Shown here piece by piece: positions 27,273 through 36,061 of a stretch of 45,917 nt of DNA. The notes under the pieces were generated by a model. The model was not told where the DNA came from, did no database searches, and worked only from the letters and a program-made list of their open reading frames with translations. The DNA is taken from assembly GCA_965372715.1 (NCBI GenBank), contig CBDVDH010000029.1, positions 1-45,917 on the forward strand. The letters run 5' to 3'. Positions within the stretch are counted from its first letter, which is position 1. Each line of letters starts with the position of its first letter. Origin of the DNA: an uncultured bacterium (GTDB lineage Bacteria > B130-G9). A program made the position numbers and the translations under genes.

Positions 27273-28450
27273 GCCATCTTCTTACGGTTTGCGCGATTAT
27301 CGTTCGGTTTGCATCCGACTCGCCGCTGGCAAACTGCGTCGCTGCACTCAAAGCCTCGACGGCGCCTGCTGATGAGATATGCGTCATAGACAACAGGCCC
27401 TCCGACGGGCTCGTCGATAAGGTCCGCGAGGCGTTTCCCGAGATAGTCGTGCGTCCGCAGGTGCGGAACATCGGCTTCGCGGCCGGATGTAACGAGGGGA
27501 TTCGCCAGACGAGGTCGGACTTGGTCCTTATCGTCAACGACGATACGACCGTCCACCCAGAGTGTATTGAGCATCTGGTCTCAGCGTTCGAGCGGTATCC
27601 GCGACTCGCTGCGTGCCAGCCGAAGATACTGTCAGCGGGCGATCCGAATTACTTCGAGTATGCCGGGTCGTCCGGCGGTTTTCTGGACGTGTTCGGGGTG
27701 CCGTTTTTGCGGGGGCGGATGATCGACAGCGTGGAAAAGGACGAAGGTCAATACGACGACGAGCGGGAGGTCTTCTGGGCGTCCGGCGCGGCAATGATGG
27801 TCCGGCGCTCGGCGCTTGAGGTCGTGGGGCTTTTCGACGAGGGGTTTTTTGCTCATCAGGAGGAGATTGACCTGTGCTGGCGGATGCACTTGATGGGCTA
27901 TTCCGTGAAGGTGATTCCTCTGAGCGTGGCTTATCACATAGGCGGCGGCACTCTGCCGTATTCCAGCCCGCTCAAGACGTTCTTCAACTACAAGAACAAC
28001 TGGCGGCTCTTGATAAAGAACTTTTGCCTCTGGCCGTTGGTTGTGGTTCTTCCGTCGAGGCTCGTGCTGGACCTGGGCACGGTCTTTTACTTAGTTCTCA
28101 AGGGCCGAGTAAAGCACGCGCTGGCCCTGGCGAGGGCGCTCGCTAGTGTTCTTCTGTCGCTCCGATCCACGCTTCGTGGACGGGCGCGCGTGCAGTCGAC
28201 TCGAAAGATGAGTGCGAGCGGCTTGCACGATTTGATCTACCGTCGGTCGCTTTTGATCGATTACTTCTTCTGGCGGAGGCGCAAGTTCTCGCAGCTGAAC
28301 TTCCCCAGAAGCCACCTCATGATAGAAGGGACGACGGACCAGACCGGCATTGACCGGAACACGAAAACCCTGGAAGATAGACCGCAAGAAGATAGACCGC
28401 AAAGTGTACAGAGAAATAGCCAACCAAACCAAATGGAGGCAGAAGTATGA
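27269..28450 (+). CDS. Family 2 glycosyltransferase (WbbL-like)
   Basis: VIDN, NIGFAAGCNEG, VNDD, FWASGAAM, FFAHQEEIDLCWR. Confidence 0.92.
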   Translation: MSHLLTVCAIIVRFASDSPLANCVAALKASTAPADEICVIDNRPSDGLVDKVREAFPEIVVRPQVRNIGFAAGCNEGIRQTRSDLVLIVNDDTTVHPECIEHLVSAFERYPRLAACQPKILSAGDPNYFEYAGSSGGFLDVFGVPFLRGRMIDSVEKDEGQYDDEREVFWASGAAMMVRRSALEVVGLFDEGFFAHQEEIDLCWRMHLMGYSVKVIPLSVAYHIGGGTLPYSSPLKTFFNYKNNWRLLIKNFCLWPLVVVLPSRLVLDLGTVFYLVLKGRVKHALALARALASVLLSLRSTLRGRARVQSTRKMSASGLHDLIYRRSLLIDYFFWRRRKFSQLNFPRSHLMIEGTTDQTGIDRNTKTLEDRPQEDRPQSVQRNSQPNQMEAEV

Positions 28451-28752
28451 ATCACCAGCGTGGATTCATGGGGTCCCTTTTCGATCTTTCATTTTCGGAC
28501 CTGATTACGACCAGGGTAATCAAGTTCCTATTTGTGCTCGCGATTATTGGCTCAGCAATTGCATCGATCTTTTACATCGGGGCGGCATTCACGCACTCAA
28601 TCGGCGTAGGCGTTTTGGTGCTGATCATCTCGCCGTTGATTTTCATCGTCTATGTGACCATTGCGCGGATATGGCTTGAGGTGCTCATTGTCGTGTTCCG
28701 CATATCGGAGGACGTGAAGAGGATTGCCGACAAGGACGCCGGCGGGGCGTGA
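28447..28752 (+). CDS. DUF4282-like membrane protein
   Basis: LFDLSFSDLITTRVIK, two TM helices, RIWLEVLIVVFRISE. Confidence 0.8.
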   Translation: MNHQRGFMGSLFDLSFSDLITTRVIKFLFVLAIIGSAIASIFYIGAAFTHSIGVGVLVLIISPLIFIVYVTIARIWLEVLIVVFRISEDVKRIADKDAGGA

Positions 28753-28907
28753 GACATCGGCAGCGACCGAGCGGCCTCGCGCAGCACATTAGCCCGGAGA
28801 CCTGATGGCGCCTTATACGGGCAGGACGTCAAAATCCTGCATCTTTGCGGATCAATCTGATCATTCTTAGAATCGAAGAATAAGTGGTCGCCAATACGTA
28901 TAGTTAA

Positions 28908-28924
28908 GGTATAGTAATTATACC
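28908..28924. promoter_or_regulatory. Inverted repeat, putative toxin-antitoxin operator
   Basis: GGTATA-GTAAT-TATACC immediately before the toxin ATG. Confidence 0.6.
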
Positions 28925-29185
28925 ATGGAGTTTGAATTTGACCCAGTCAAGAGCGATAGCAACAAGAAGAAACATGGAATCGACTTTTCCGAAGCCCGGT
29001 CGCTTTGGGATGACCCTGATTTAATTGAGATTCCTATAAAAACTAGCGACGAACCCAGATACCTGGTGATCGGGAAGATTCTAGGAAGGCATTGCTCAGG
29101 AATTGTTACTTATAGGGGCGAGAAGATAAGGACTATTTCAGTGCGATGTTCCAGAAAAGAGGAGGTTGATGTATATGAAAGCTAA
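28925..29185 (+). CDS. BrnT-family ribonuclease toxin
   Basis: FEFDPVK...NKKKHGIDF...EPRYLVIG...IRTISVR. Confidence 0.9.
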   Translation: MEFEFDPVKSDSNKKKHGIDFSEARSLWDDPDLIEIPIKTSDEPRYLVIGKILGRHCSGIVTYRGEKIRTISVRCSRKEEVDVYES

Positions 29186-29399
29186 AGAATTCGATAAGAT
29201 ATTTGATGAAGGCAAGGATGTTTCTAAATACCTCAATATCTCAGAAGCGAGGAGACCTGGACTAGAACAGAAAAGGGTAAATGTCGATTTCCCCTTATGG
29301 ATGATCCACTTATTGGATAAAGAAGCAAAGCGTTTGGGTGTGACTCGACAATCAATGATCAAGGTCTGGTTAGCGGAGCGTCTCGAAAAGGCGATTTAG
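29175..29399 (+). CDS. BrnA/CopG-type ribbon-helix-helix antitoxin
   Basis: MKAKEFDKIFDEG...KRVNVDFPLWM...LGVTRQSMIKVWLAERL; overlaps the toxin 3' end. Confidence 0.88.
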   Translation: MKAKEFDKIFDEGKDVSKYLNISEARRPGLEQKRVNVDFPLWMIHLLDKEAKRLGVTRQSMIKVWLAERLEKAI

Positions 29400-29484
29400 G
29401 AATATCTGATTCTAACAATGCAATCCAGTGGACGACAAAGAACGCCTCGGAGGCCCCGCGTTAACGGGCGCGGACGAGATCGGC

Positions 29485-32292
29485 CTATTCTATGATTTCT
29501 ATGCTCTCCTGCGGCAAGGCCAGCTGATAGCCGACGCCGTATTTCGTAACGAGCAGCTCTTGAGTCTCTTCTTCAGAGATGGCCTGTGAGTGCCTCGCCG
29601 CCTCCATGAATGCTTTGTACAGGCGCCCTTTGTGGTCGGCGATCTGCTTTTCGTACGGATAGGAATCGGGATGAGTCTGTCCCCAAAGCGCCTGGTATAT
29701 CGTCTCCTTGTGGACGACTTGTGGGGCGCGCTTTGCAAGCGCTAGCAGCAGCTTGAAGCACTTGGGCGTGAGGGTTACCTCCGCGCCTCTGAACCTCACC
29801 GACAGGTTTCGCGTGTCGATGATGAGCGTCTTTTCGGGGGCCTTTGGCGAAGCTGTGCCTGAAACCTGATCCTCCATCTGCCCAAGCGGTAGCTCGGTGG
29901 CCTTTGAGGCGCGTTTCCCGGGCGGTTTCAGGTGAAATGCTGATCGGAGCCTGGCGGCGACCTGGTGTCCCGCGAGCTCTGAGATTCGTTCGTAAGAGGC
30001 CTCCCTGAGCTTGCGGAGCGACGTAACGCCACCGTCAACCAATCTCCTCGCAACCGCACGAGTTGTGTGCCTGCGGATACGCTCGTAGAGCGGAGTAGCA
30101 TCGTCGAAAAGGCCAGACGATAGCCTCTTGATAAGCGTCGAGAACTCTCTGAGAGTGGCGGTCGGCCAGTTGTAGAGCCTGCATATCTCTGACAGTGAGG
30201 CACACAGCCAGGAGTCGGTCTCGCCGATCTTCTGAACAAGGCCGGGCCACGCCTGGTAATATATCTTTTCAATGTCCCCGAGCGGGGCCTCGTTAATCCA
30301 GTCGAGCAGGATGAGCGCCCGCTTGACGGCGCGTGTCTGCTCAAAAGATGGCCGTTGGCTCGGGTCAATAAGGTCGGCGACGATCGGCCTTTCGAGCAGT
30401 CCGGCGGTGCTGGCGGCATCTTTGAGGGCGTTCAGATAGCGGTCATCCTGCCACTCGGAATGGGCAAGCGGCACGTGAACGCAGCGAGAATCCTTGGTCT
30501 GAGCCAAGAGGAGAAGAATCTCAAGCGGTGTCGGCATTTGGCCCCGGTTCTTTCTTGCCCACTTTGACAGCATGACTCCGGTTCTGACAAGAACGCATGA
30601 CCTGGAGACCAGTCGGCCAAGCTCCGACACCGAAAAGGCCTCGCCATCATTTGCAGACTTCGCCATAGTAGCCTGTTTGTCCACCAAAGCCTTGGCTGCA
30701 GTGAAGGCTACGTCGGCTGAACTGGTCAGGAGTCCATCAACCAGAAGGCGTTCGACACACTCGTGAACGTCTTGCTGAAACCTGTTTCTCGCTGCCTGAG
30801 GCGTGGGTGTCTGATCCTTTGACCAAAGGTTCCGGCCGGTGTAGGTTGTGAGTAGAAACTCGAGCAGCTCGGTTTCTGTCGCGACGATATGTGAGGCGCA
30901 AAGATTCAGGACAATATCCTCCAGCGGCATCTCATTTAGCCTCGGGATTGCCGCCTCAAAGCCGCCTTTGATGTAAATGTCCTGCAGGCGCTTTTCTTCA
31001 AACTCCGATGCGGTTACGAGTATAGAGCGGCCGAATTCAGGTTCGAGCGAGAGCCTGCCGGCGCGGCCGCCGAGGTTTTCATATTCGCTCTTTCCGATAT
31101 CGACGAGGTGCATTTGCTGGAACTCTTTGGAGAACTGCCATCGCTTGTCGTCGATTATGACATTCTTGGCCGGCAGGTTGATCCCCATCCCGAGCGTTGT
31201 TGTGCAGAAGATGGCCTTGATCTCACCTCTCTTGAAGCCGCTTTCAATCGAGCGCCGTTGGGAGTAGGCCAGGTCGGCATTGTGGAAGGCCACGCCGCTT
31301 GAGAGTAGCGACATGAGGACTTCGGTCGAGGGAGAGGCCTCAGAAAGGTCTCGAAGCTCATTCAGAGCGGCCTCTGCCGGCGGAAGTTGGCTGTGTTCCG
31401 CGAATAGTCTCGCCATCTCCAGCGTGCTCGTTTTGTCCCGCAGGAATACGATGCACTGCTCGTCGCGGCCAACAAGCTGCTCGACGAAGCCCAGCACTGC
31501 GTGGCTCATGGGCACGTCGGGTAGAACGTCGAATCGCTCCTGTCCCTCTGTGCCCTCGTTGTGCAGGACGTAGTAGAAGGTCCCACTGCAGAAGACGCCC
31601 TTGCGGAGCTCGACTGGCCGGTGATGGTCCTCAAGCAGCCTCGCGCCAATCCAGTCCCGGATGTCTTGCGATCTCTCGAGAACCGCCGACAGGCCGATGA
31701 TCTGCGTATTCTTAGCGAACGCAAGGACCTTCGACAGCAAAAGCTCCAGGCGCGGCCCGCGCGAGATGTCGCAAAGCATCTGCATCTCGTCAACGACCAC
31801 GAGGCCGATGTCCGCAAGCAGCGTCGGCTTCGAGATCAGAAGCGCATCCATTTTCTCGAAGACGACGATGGCGATGTCAAAATTGCCTTTCTCGATTGCC
31901 GTGTCGTGTTCTCTCCTGTCACGTGAGGAGACGACGATTTTGAGGCCAAGCGGGCCGTACCGGGTGTCGAATTCGTCAAACTTCTCTTCAGCGAGCGACT
32001 TGAGCGGTAGTAGATATAATGCTCGCTTGTTCCTTTTGGCGGCCGCAACGGCGGCCATCTCGCCGACGAACGTCTTGCCCGATGACGTTGGTGCGAAAAT
32101 GAGCAGGTTTTGGCCTGAGAAGAGTCCAAATTCGGCGACTGCCCTCGCCTGAATTGGGAGGAGCCTCGGGAAGGCCATGCGCCAGACGTCTAGGACCGCA
32201 TCATCCACGCCATAGGCGGCCAAAAGCGACGTGTCGATACCAGATTTGCCGTCAAATGGGCGGCGGTTTATGCCTGATGAGTTGGCTCGCAT
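29485..32292 (-). CDS. Ski2/Hel308-like SF2 helicase with C-terminal OmpR/PhoB-type winged helix
   Basis: Q motif LLPIQ, APTSSGKT, PLKSLAEEK, DEMQ, GLSA, GVAFHNADL, TTTLGMGINLPA, GRAGR; tail LTPKCFKLLLALA...ALWG...TKYGVGYQL. Confidence 0.88.
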   Translation of the reverse strand: MRANSSGINRRPFDGKSGIDTSLLAAYGVDDAVLDVWRMAFPRLLPIQARAVAEFGLFSGQNLLIFAPTSSGKTFVGEMAAVAAAKRNKRALYLLPLKSLAEEKFDEFDTRYGPLGLKIVVSSRDRREHDTAIEKGNFDIAIVVFEKMDALLISKPTLLADIGLVVVDEMQMLCDISRGPRLELLLSKVLAFAKNTQIIGLSAVLERSQDIRDWIGARLLEDHHRPVELRKGVFCSGTFYYVLHNEGTEGQERFDVLPDVPMSHAVLGFVEQLVGRDEQCIVFLRDKTSTLEMARLFAEHSQLPPAEAALNELRDLSEASPSTEVLMSLLSSGVAFHNADLAYSQRRSIESGFKRGEIKAIFCTTTLGMGINLPAKNVIIDDKRWQFSKEFQQMHLVDIGKSEYENLGGRAGRLSLEPEFGRSILVTASEFEEKRLQDIYIKGGFEAAIPRLNEMPLEDIVLNLCASHIVATETELLEFLLTTYTGRNLWSKDQTPTPQAARNRFQQDVHECVERLLVDGLLTSSADVAFTAAKALVDKQATMAKSANDGEAFSVSELGRLVSRSCVLVRTGVMLSKWARKNRGQMPTPLEILLLLAQTKDSRCVHVPLAHSEWQDDRYLNALKDAASTAGLLERPIVADLIDPSQRPSFEQTRAVKRALILLDWINEAPLGDIEKIYYQAWPGLVQKIGETDSWLCASLSEICRLYNWPTATLREFSTLIKRLSSGLFDDATPLYERIRRHTTRAVARRLVDGGVTSLRKLREASYERISELAGHQVAARLRSAFHLKPPGKRASKATELPLGQMEDQVSGTASPKAPEKTLIIDTRNLSVRFRGAEVTLTPKCFKLLLALAKRAPQVVHKETIYQALWGQTHPDSYPYEKQIADHKGRLYKAFMEAARHSQAISEEETQELLVTKYGVGYQLALPQESIEIIE

Positions 32293-32352
32293 CTTATGCC
32301 GCCACTCTTAACGGGCTGATATGACTGAACTCATGAACGCGGATTCCGTGTT

Positions 32353-32505
32353 GTAGGGGCGGCTCACGGAGGCTGGGATGTAAGTCGTTGTGGATGTGTA
32401 GGGGCGCGGTCTTAAGACCGCGCCCGTCCTGGACAATTGCAGGGCCAAGGCCCCTGTGTCTGATTGGATTGACGTAAGCGGGCGGGTCTGAGACGCCGCC
32501 CCTAC
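32353..32505. repeat. Cluster of GTAG-type REP palindromes (REPIN-like pair)
   Basis: GTAGGGGCGCGGTCTTAAGACCGCGCCC (32398-32425) facing GGGCGGGTCTGAGACGCCGCCCCTAC (32480-32505); degenerate copy at 32353. Confidence 0.8.
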
Positions 32506-32566
32506 GGGCCAATTCCAGCCATTCAGGAGCGATGGTCCGGCGTTCACAGTGGCGCAGCCGGACATT

Positions 32567-33709
32567 TCACCTGAGGAGGGCCCCGGAGATGATCATCCGC
32601 ATTATCTCGGACGTGCCTTCGTATATCTCGGTGATCTTAGCATCCCGATAATGCCGCTCGACCGCGTATTCCTTCATGTAACCGTAGCCGCCGTGAACTT
32701 GAACCGCGAGGCGAGTGGCGTTGACGCACGTTTCGGACGCGAAGAGCTTTGCCATAGCTGCCTCCTTTGAGAATCGCTTGCCCTGCGACTTGACGTGCGC
32801 CGCGCGCAGCGTGAGCAATCTCGCGGCGTCTATCTGCGTGGCCATGTCGGCGATCATCCATTGGACCGCCTGGAAGCTGGCGATTGGCTTGCCGAATTGC
32901 TCTCTCTCCTTAGCGTATTTGATGCTCTCTTCGAGGGCAGCCCTGGCGATGCCGACGGCCTGGGCCGCGATCCCGATTCTCCCTGAGTCAAACCCGGCAA
33001 GGGCGATCTTGAAGCCCCGGCCCTCTTCACCCAGGAGCAGGTCCTTGCTGACGCGGCAATCCGCGAGGACGAGCTCGGATGTGCCCGAGGCGTTCATCCC
33101 CATCTTGTGCTCGATAGTGCCAACTTCGAGGCCCGGCGTCTCTTTCGGGATGATGAAGGTTGACATGCCCCTGCTTCCCTTGGAGCGGTCGGTCGAGGCG
33201 AATAGAACCACGAGGTCCGCATGGGCTCCACCGGAAACGAATATCTTGGTCCCGTTCAGCACGTAGTCGGCGCCATCCTTTGCCGCCGTCGTCGCGATGG
33301 CCCCGGCGTCAGAACCAGCCCCAGGTTCGGTAAGAGAGAAGCAGCCGATCATCTCGCCCCGAGCCAGCTGCGGCAAGAATCGCTTCTTCTGCTCGTCGGT
33401 CCCGAATTTCAGGATGAGCTCACAGACAAGGGAGTCGTGAATCGACATGATCACGCCGCAGGAAGCCTCGCCGCGCGATATCTCCTCGATGGCGAGCGCG
33501 TAGCTGATCGGGTCCATCTCCGCGCCGTCGAATTCCTCCGGCAGCGTCATACCTAAGAAGCCGAGTTCGCCCATCTTCTTGAGTATTTCACCGGGCCAAA
33601 GCGACTCCTCGTCCAACTTCTGCGCGACAGGCTTCAATTCCTTGTCCGCAAAGTCGCGGGCCATATCCCGCATCATCTGTTGGTCTTCTGAAAGCTCAAA
33701 ATCAATCAC
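32567..33709 (-). CDS. Acyl-CoA dehydrogenase (butyryl-CoA dehydrogenase-like)
   Basis: [46 protein letters not shown]. Confidence 0.95.
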   Translation of the reverse strand: MIDFELSEDQQMMRDMARDFADKELKPVAQKLDEESLWPGEILKKMGELGFLGMTLPEEFDGAEMDPISYALAIEEISRGEASCGVIMSIHDSLVCELILKFGTDEQKKRFLPQLARGEMIGCFSLTEPGAGSDAGAIATTAAKDGADYVLNGTKIFVSGGAHADLVVLFASTDRSKGSRGMSTFIIPKETPGLEVGTIEHKMGMNASGTSELVLADCRVSKDLLLGEEGRGFKIALAGFDSGRIGIAAQAVGIARAALEESIKYAKEREQFGKPIASFQAVQWMIADMATQIDAARLLTLRAAHVKSQGKRFSKEAAMAKLFASETCVNATRLAVQVHGGYGYMKEYAVERHYRDAKITEIYEGTSEIMRMIISGALLR

Positions 33710-33895
33710 TAGCGGATGTCTCCTTCTTCAATTGAGGCCCAGTGCCCGGAATTTGGCTGTACAACGGGGCTGAGGTCGTATAGGGGGCGCCTCGCCGTTC
33801 GGCGAAGTCTCCGACGCGCGGCGGACATCTAAGACGGCCAACACCGAATTATGACCCAGCATCCACAGCCCCTGCGAGCAACCGCCGTTCAACGC

Positions 33896-34744
33896 TTAAT
33901 AATCGTAGAAGCCTTTGCGGCTCTTGCGGCCCAAGTAGCCCGCATCGACCATCTTCCTGAGAAGCGGACAAGGCCGATACTTCGGGTCGCCGAAGCCCTC
34001 GCAAAGCACGTTCAATATCGAGAGGCAGACGTCGAGACCGATGAGGTCTGCCAGCGCAAGTGGGCCCATCGGATGGTTCATCCCGAGCTTTAAGACCGTA
34101 TCTATCGCCTCGCGCGTGCCGACTCCCTCGTGAAGCGCGAAGACCGCCTCGTTGATCATGGGCATCAGGACGCGGTTCGAGACGAAGCCCGGGGCGTCGT
34201 TGACCTCAACCGGCGTCTTGCCGAGCTTCTCGGAAAGCTCCTTCGTGATGCGGAATGTCTCGTCAGACGTGGCGATTCCGCGGATTATCTCGACAAGCTT
34301 CATCAGCGGCACGGGGTTCATGAAGTGCATCCCGATGAATCTGTCGGGCCGCTTCGTCTGCGCCGCGAGCTTCGTTATCGAGATTGAGGATGTGTTCGAC
34401 GCGAAGATAGTGGCCTCGGGACAGATCGCATCGAGTTCCTTGAACAGCTCGGTCTTCACGGCGAGGTCCTCAAACACGGCCTCAATAATCAGATCGACGT
34501 TCTTCATCGCCTCAAGCTGCTCCATCGGCGTGATATTTGCGAGCGCCGCGTCGTGTTGTTCCTGCGTGATTCTCTCCTTCGACAGGAACTTGCCAAGGCT
34601 TTTGTGAACGGCCTTGACGCCTCGATCTACGAATTCTGCTTTCGTGTCGTTCAGAAGAACCGTGTATCCAGAAAAGGCCAATATCTGGGCGATACCGCTG
34701 CCCATCGTCCCGGCCCCGACGACGCCTACCGTCTTTATGGCCAT
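33896..34744 (-). CDS. hbd: 3-hydroxybutyryl-CoA dehydrogenase
   Basis: GAGTMGSGIA, ASNTSS, GMHFMNP, GFVSNR, HPMGPL, GRKSRKGFY. Confidence 0.93.
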   Translation of the reverse strand: MAIKTVGVVGAGTMGSGIAQILAFSGYTVLLNDTKAEFVDRGVKAVHKSLGKFLSKERITQEQHDAALANITPMEQLEAMKNVDLIIEAVFEDLAVKTELFKELDAICPEATIFASNTSSISITKLAAQTKRPDRFIGMHFMNPVPLMKLVEIIRGIATSDETFRITKELSEKLGKTPVEVNDAPGFVSNRVLMPMINEAVFALHEGVGTREAIDTVLKLGMNHPMGPLALADLIGLDVCLSILNVLCEGFGDPKYRPCPLLRKMVDAGYLGRKSRKGFYDY

Positions 34745-34819
34745 AGAGTCACTCCTCCCATTGCAAAGAAGATGAACGCTAATGTGATGTTCTTTTCATT
34801 CGCTAATGTTATTCAGCAA

Positions 34820-34844
34820 TGGCAGGCTGGAAAGCCCGCCCCAC
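34820..34844. repeat. REP-like repeat, second copy
   Basis: TGGCAGGCTGGAAAGCCCGCCC identical to 12899-12920. Confidence 0.75.
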
Positions 34845-34853
34845 AGAGTATCC

Positions 34854-36035
34854 TTATCTTTCGACGACCACAGCGACCGCGTTGCCGCCGCCGAGGCAGA
34901 GGACCGCTATGCCGCGCTTCAGGTTGTCGGCCTCCATCTGATACAGCAGGGTCGTGAGTATCCTCGCGCCAGTCGCCCCGATGGGATGGCCGAGAGCGAC
35001 CGCGCCGCCATTGACGTTGACCCTGTCGTAATCGAGGCCGAGCTCGTCGCAGCAGGCAATCGCCTGGACAGAGAAGGCCTCGTTCAGCTCCACGACGTCG
35101 ATGTCGTCAAGGGCGAGGTTTGCCTTCTCAAGCGCCATGCGAACCGCGGGGAGGGGCGTCATCAGAACCATTTCCGGGACCATGCCGGACGTGGCGTAGC
35201 TCACGATCTTGGCCATCGGCTTGAGGCCGCGCTTTGCCGCCTCGTCGGCGCTCATGACGATGACTGCCGAGGCGCCGTCGTTGACGCTGGGCGCGTTGCC
35301 GGCGGTTACTGTCCCGTCTTTCTTGAATACGGGCCGCAGTTTGGCGAGCTTCTCAATGGAGGTGTCGGCCCTGGGGCCTTCGTCGGTATCGACAATGATG
35401 GGGTCACCTTTTCGCCGCGGTATTGTCACGGGCACGATCTGGCTCTTGAACTTGCCCGCTTCGATTGCCGCCACTGCCTTGCGATGGCTGTTGTAGGCAT
35501 ATTCGTCTTGGCGCTCTCGGCTGACTGCAAACTTCTCGGCGACTATCTCGCCGACATTGCCCATGTGGTAGTCGTTGAATGCGCACCACAATCCGTCGTG
35601 GATCATGAGATCGACGAGTTTGCCGTGGCCGAGTCGGTAGCCGAATCTTGCCTTTGGGAGCGCGTATGGGACGTTGCTCATCGACTCGAGTCCGCCGGCG
35701 ATAACGACGCTTGAGTCGCCAAGTTTGACCGCTTGAGCCGCCAGAACGACCGCCTTGAGCCCGCTGCCGCAGACCTTGTTGATCGTCAGCGCGGCGACCT
35801 CGTCCTTGAGTCCCCCAAAAAGTGCCGTCTGACGAGCTGGGTTCTGCCCGAGCCCGGCGCTCACCACGTTGCCCATTATGATCTCGTCGAAATCCTCGGC
35901 GGGGATGCCCGAGCGCTTCAGCAGCGCCTCGACAACAATCGCGCCGAGTTTTGGGGCTGTTACCTTAGCAAGGGCGCCGCCAAGCGACCCAATCGGGGTC
36001 CGAACCGCGTGCGTGATCACAGCTTCGATAGTCAT
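34854..36035 (-). CDS. Acetyl-CoA C-acetyltransferase (thiolase)
   Basis: [24 protein letters not shown] catalytic motifs. Confidence 0.96.
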   Translation of the reverse strand: MTIEAVITHAVRTPIGSLGGALAKVTAPKLGAIVVEALLKRSGIPAEDFDEIIMGNVVSAGLGQNPARQTALFGGLKDEVAALTINKVCGSGLKAVVLAAQAVKLGDSSVVIAGGLESMSNVPYALPKARFGYRLGHGKLVDLMIHDGLWCAFNDYHMGNVGEIVAEKFAVSRERQDEYAYNSHRKAVAAIEAGKFKSQIVPVTIPRRKGDPIIVDTDEGPRADTSIEKLAKLRPVFKKDGTVTAGNAPSVNDGASAVIVMSADEAAKRGLKPMAKIVSYATSGMVPEMVLMTPLPAVRMALEKANLALDDIDVVELNEAFSVQAIACCDELGLDYDRVNVNGGAVALGHPIGATGARILTTLLYQMEADNLKRGIAVLCLGGGNAVAVVVER

Positions 36036-36061
36036 GCTCTAAGTCCTCCGTGAAACCTTAA

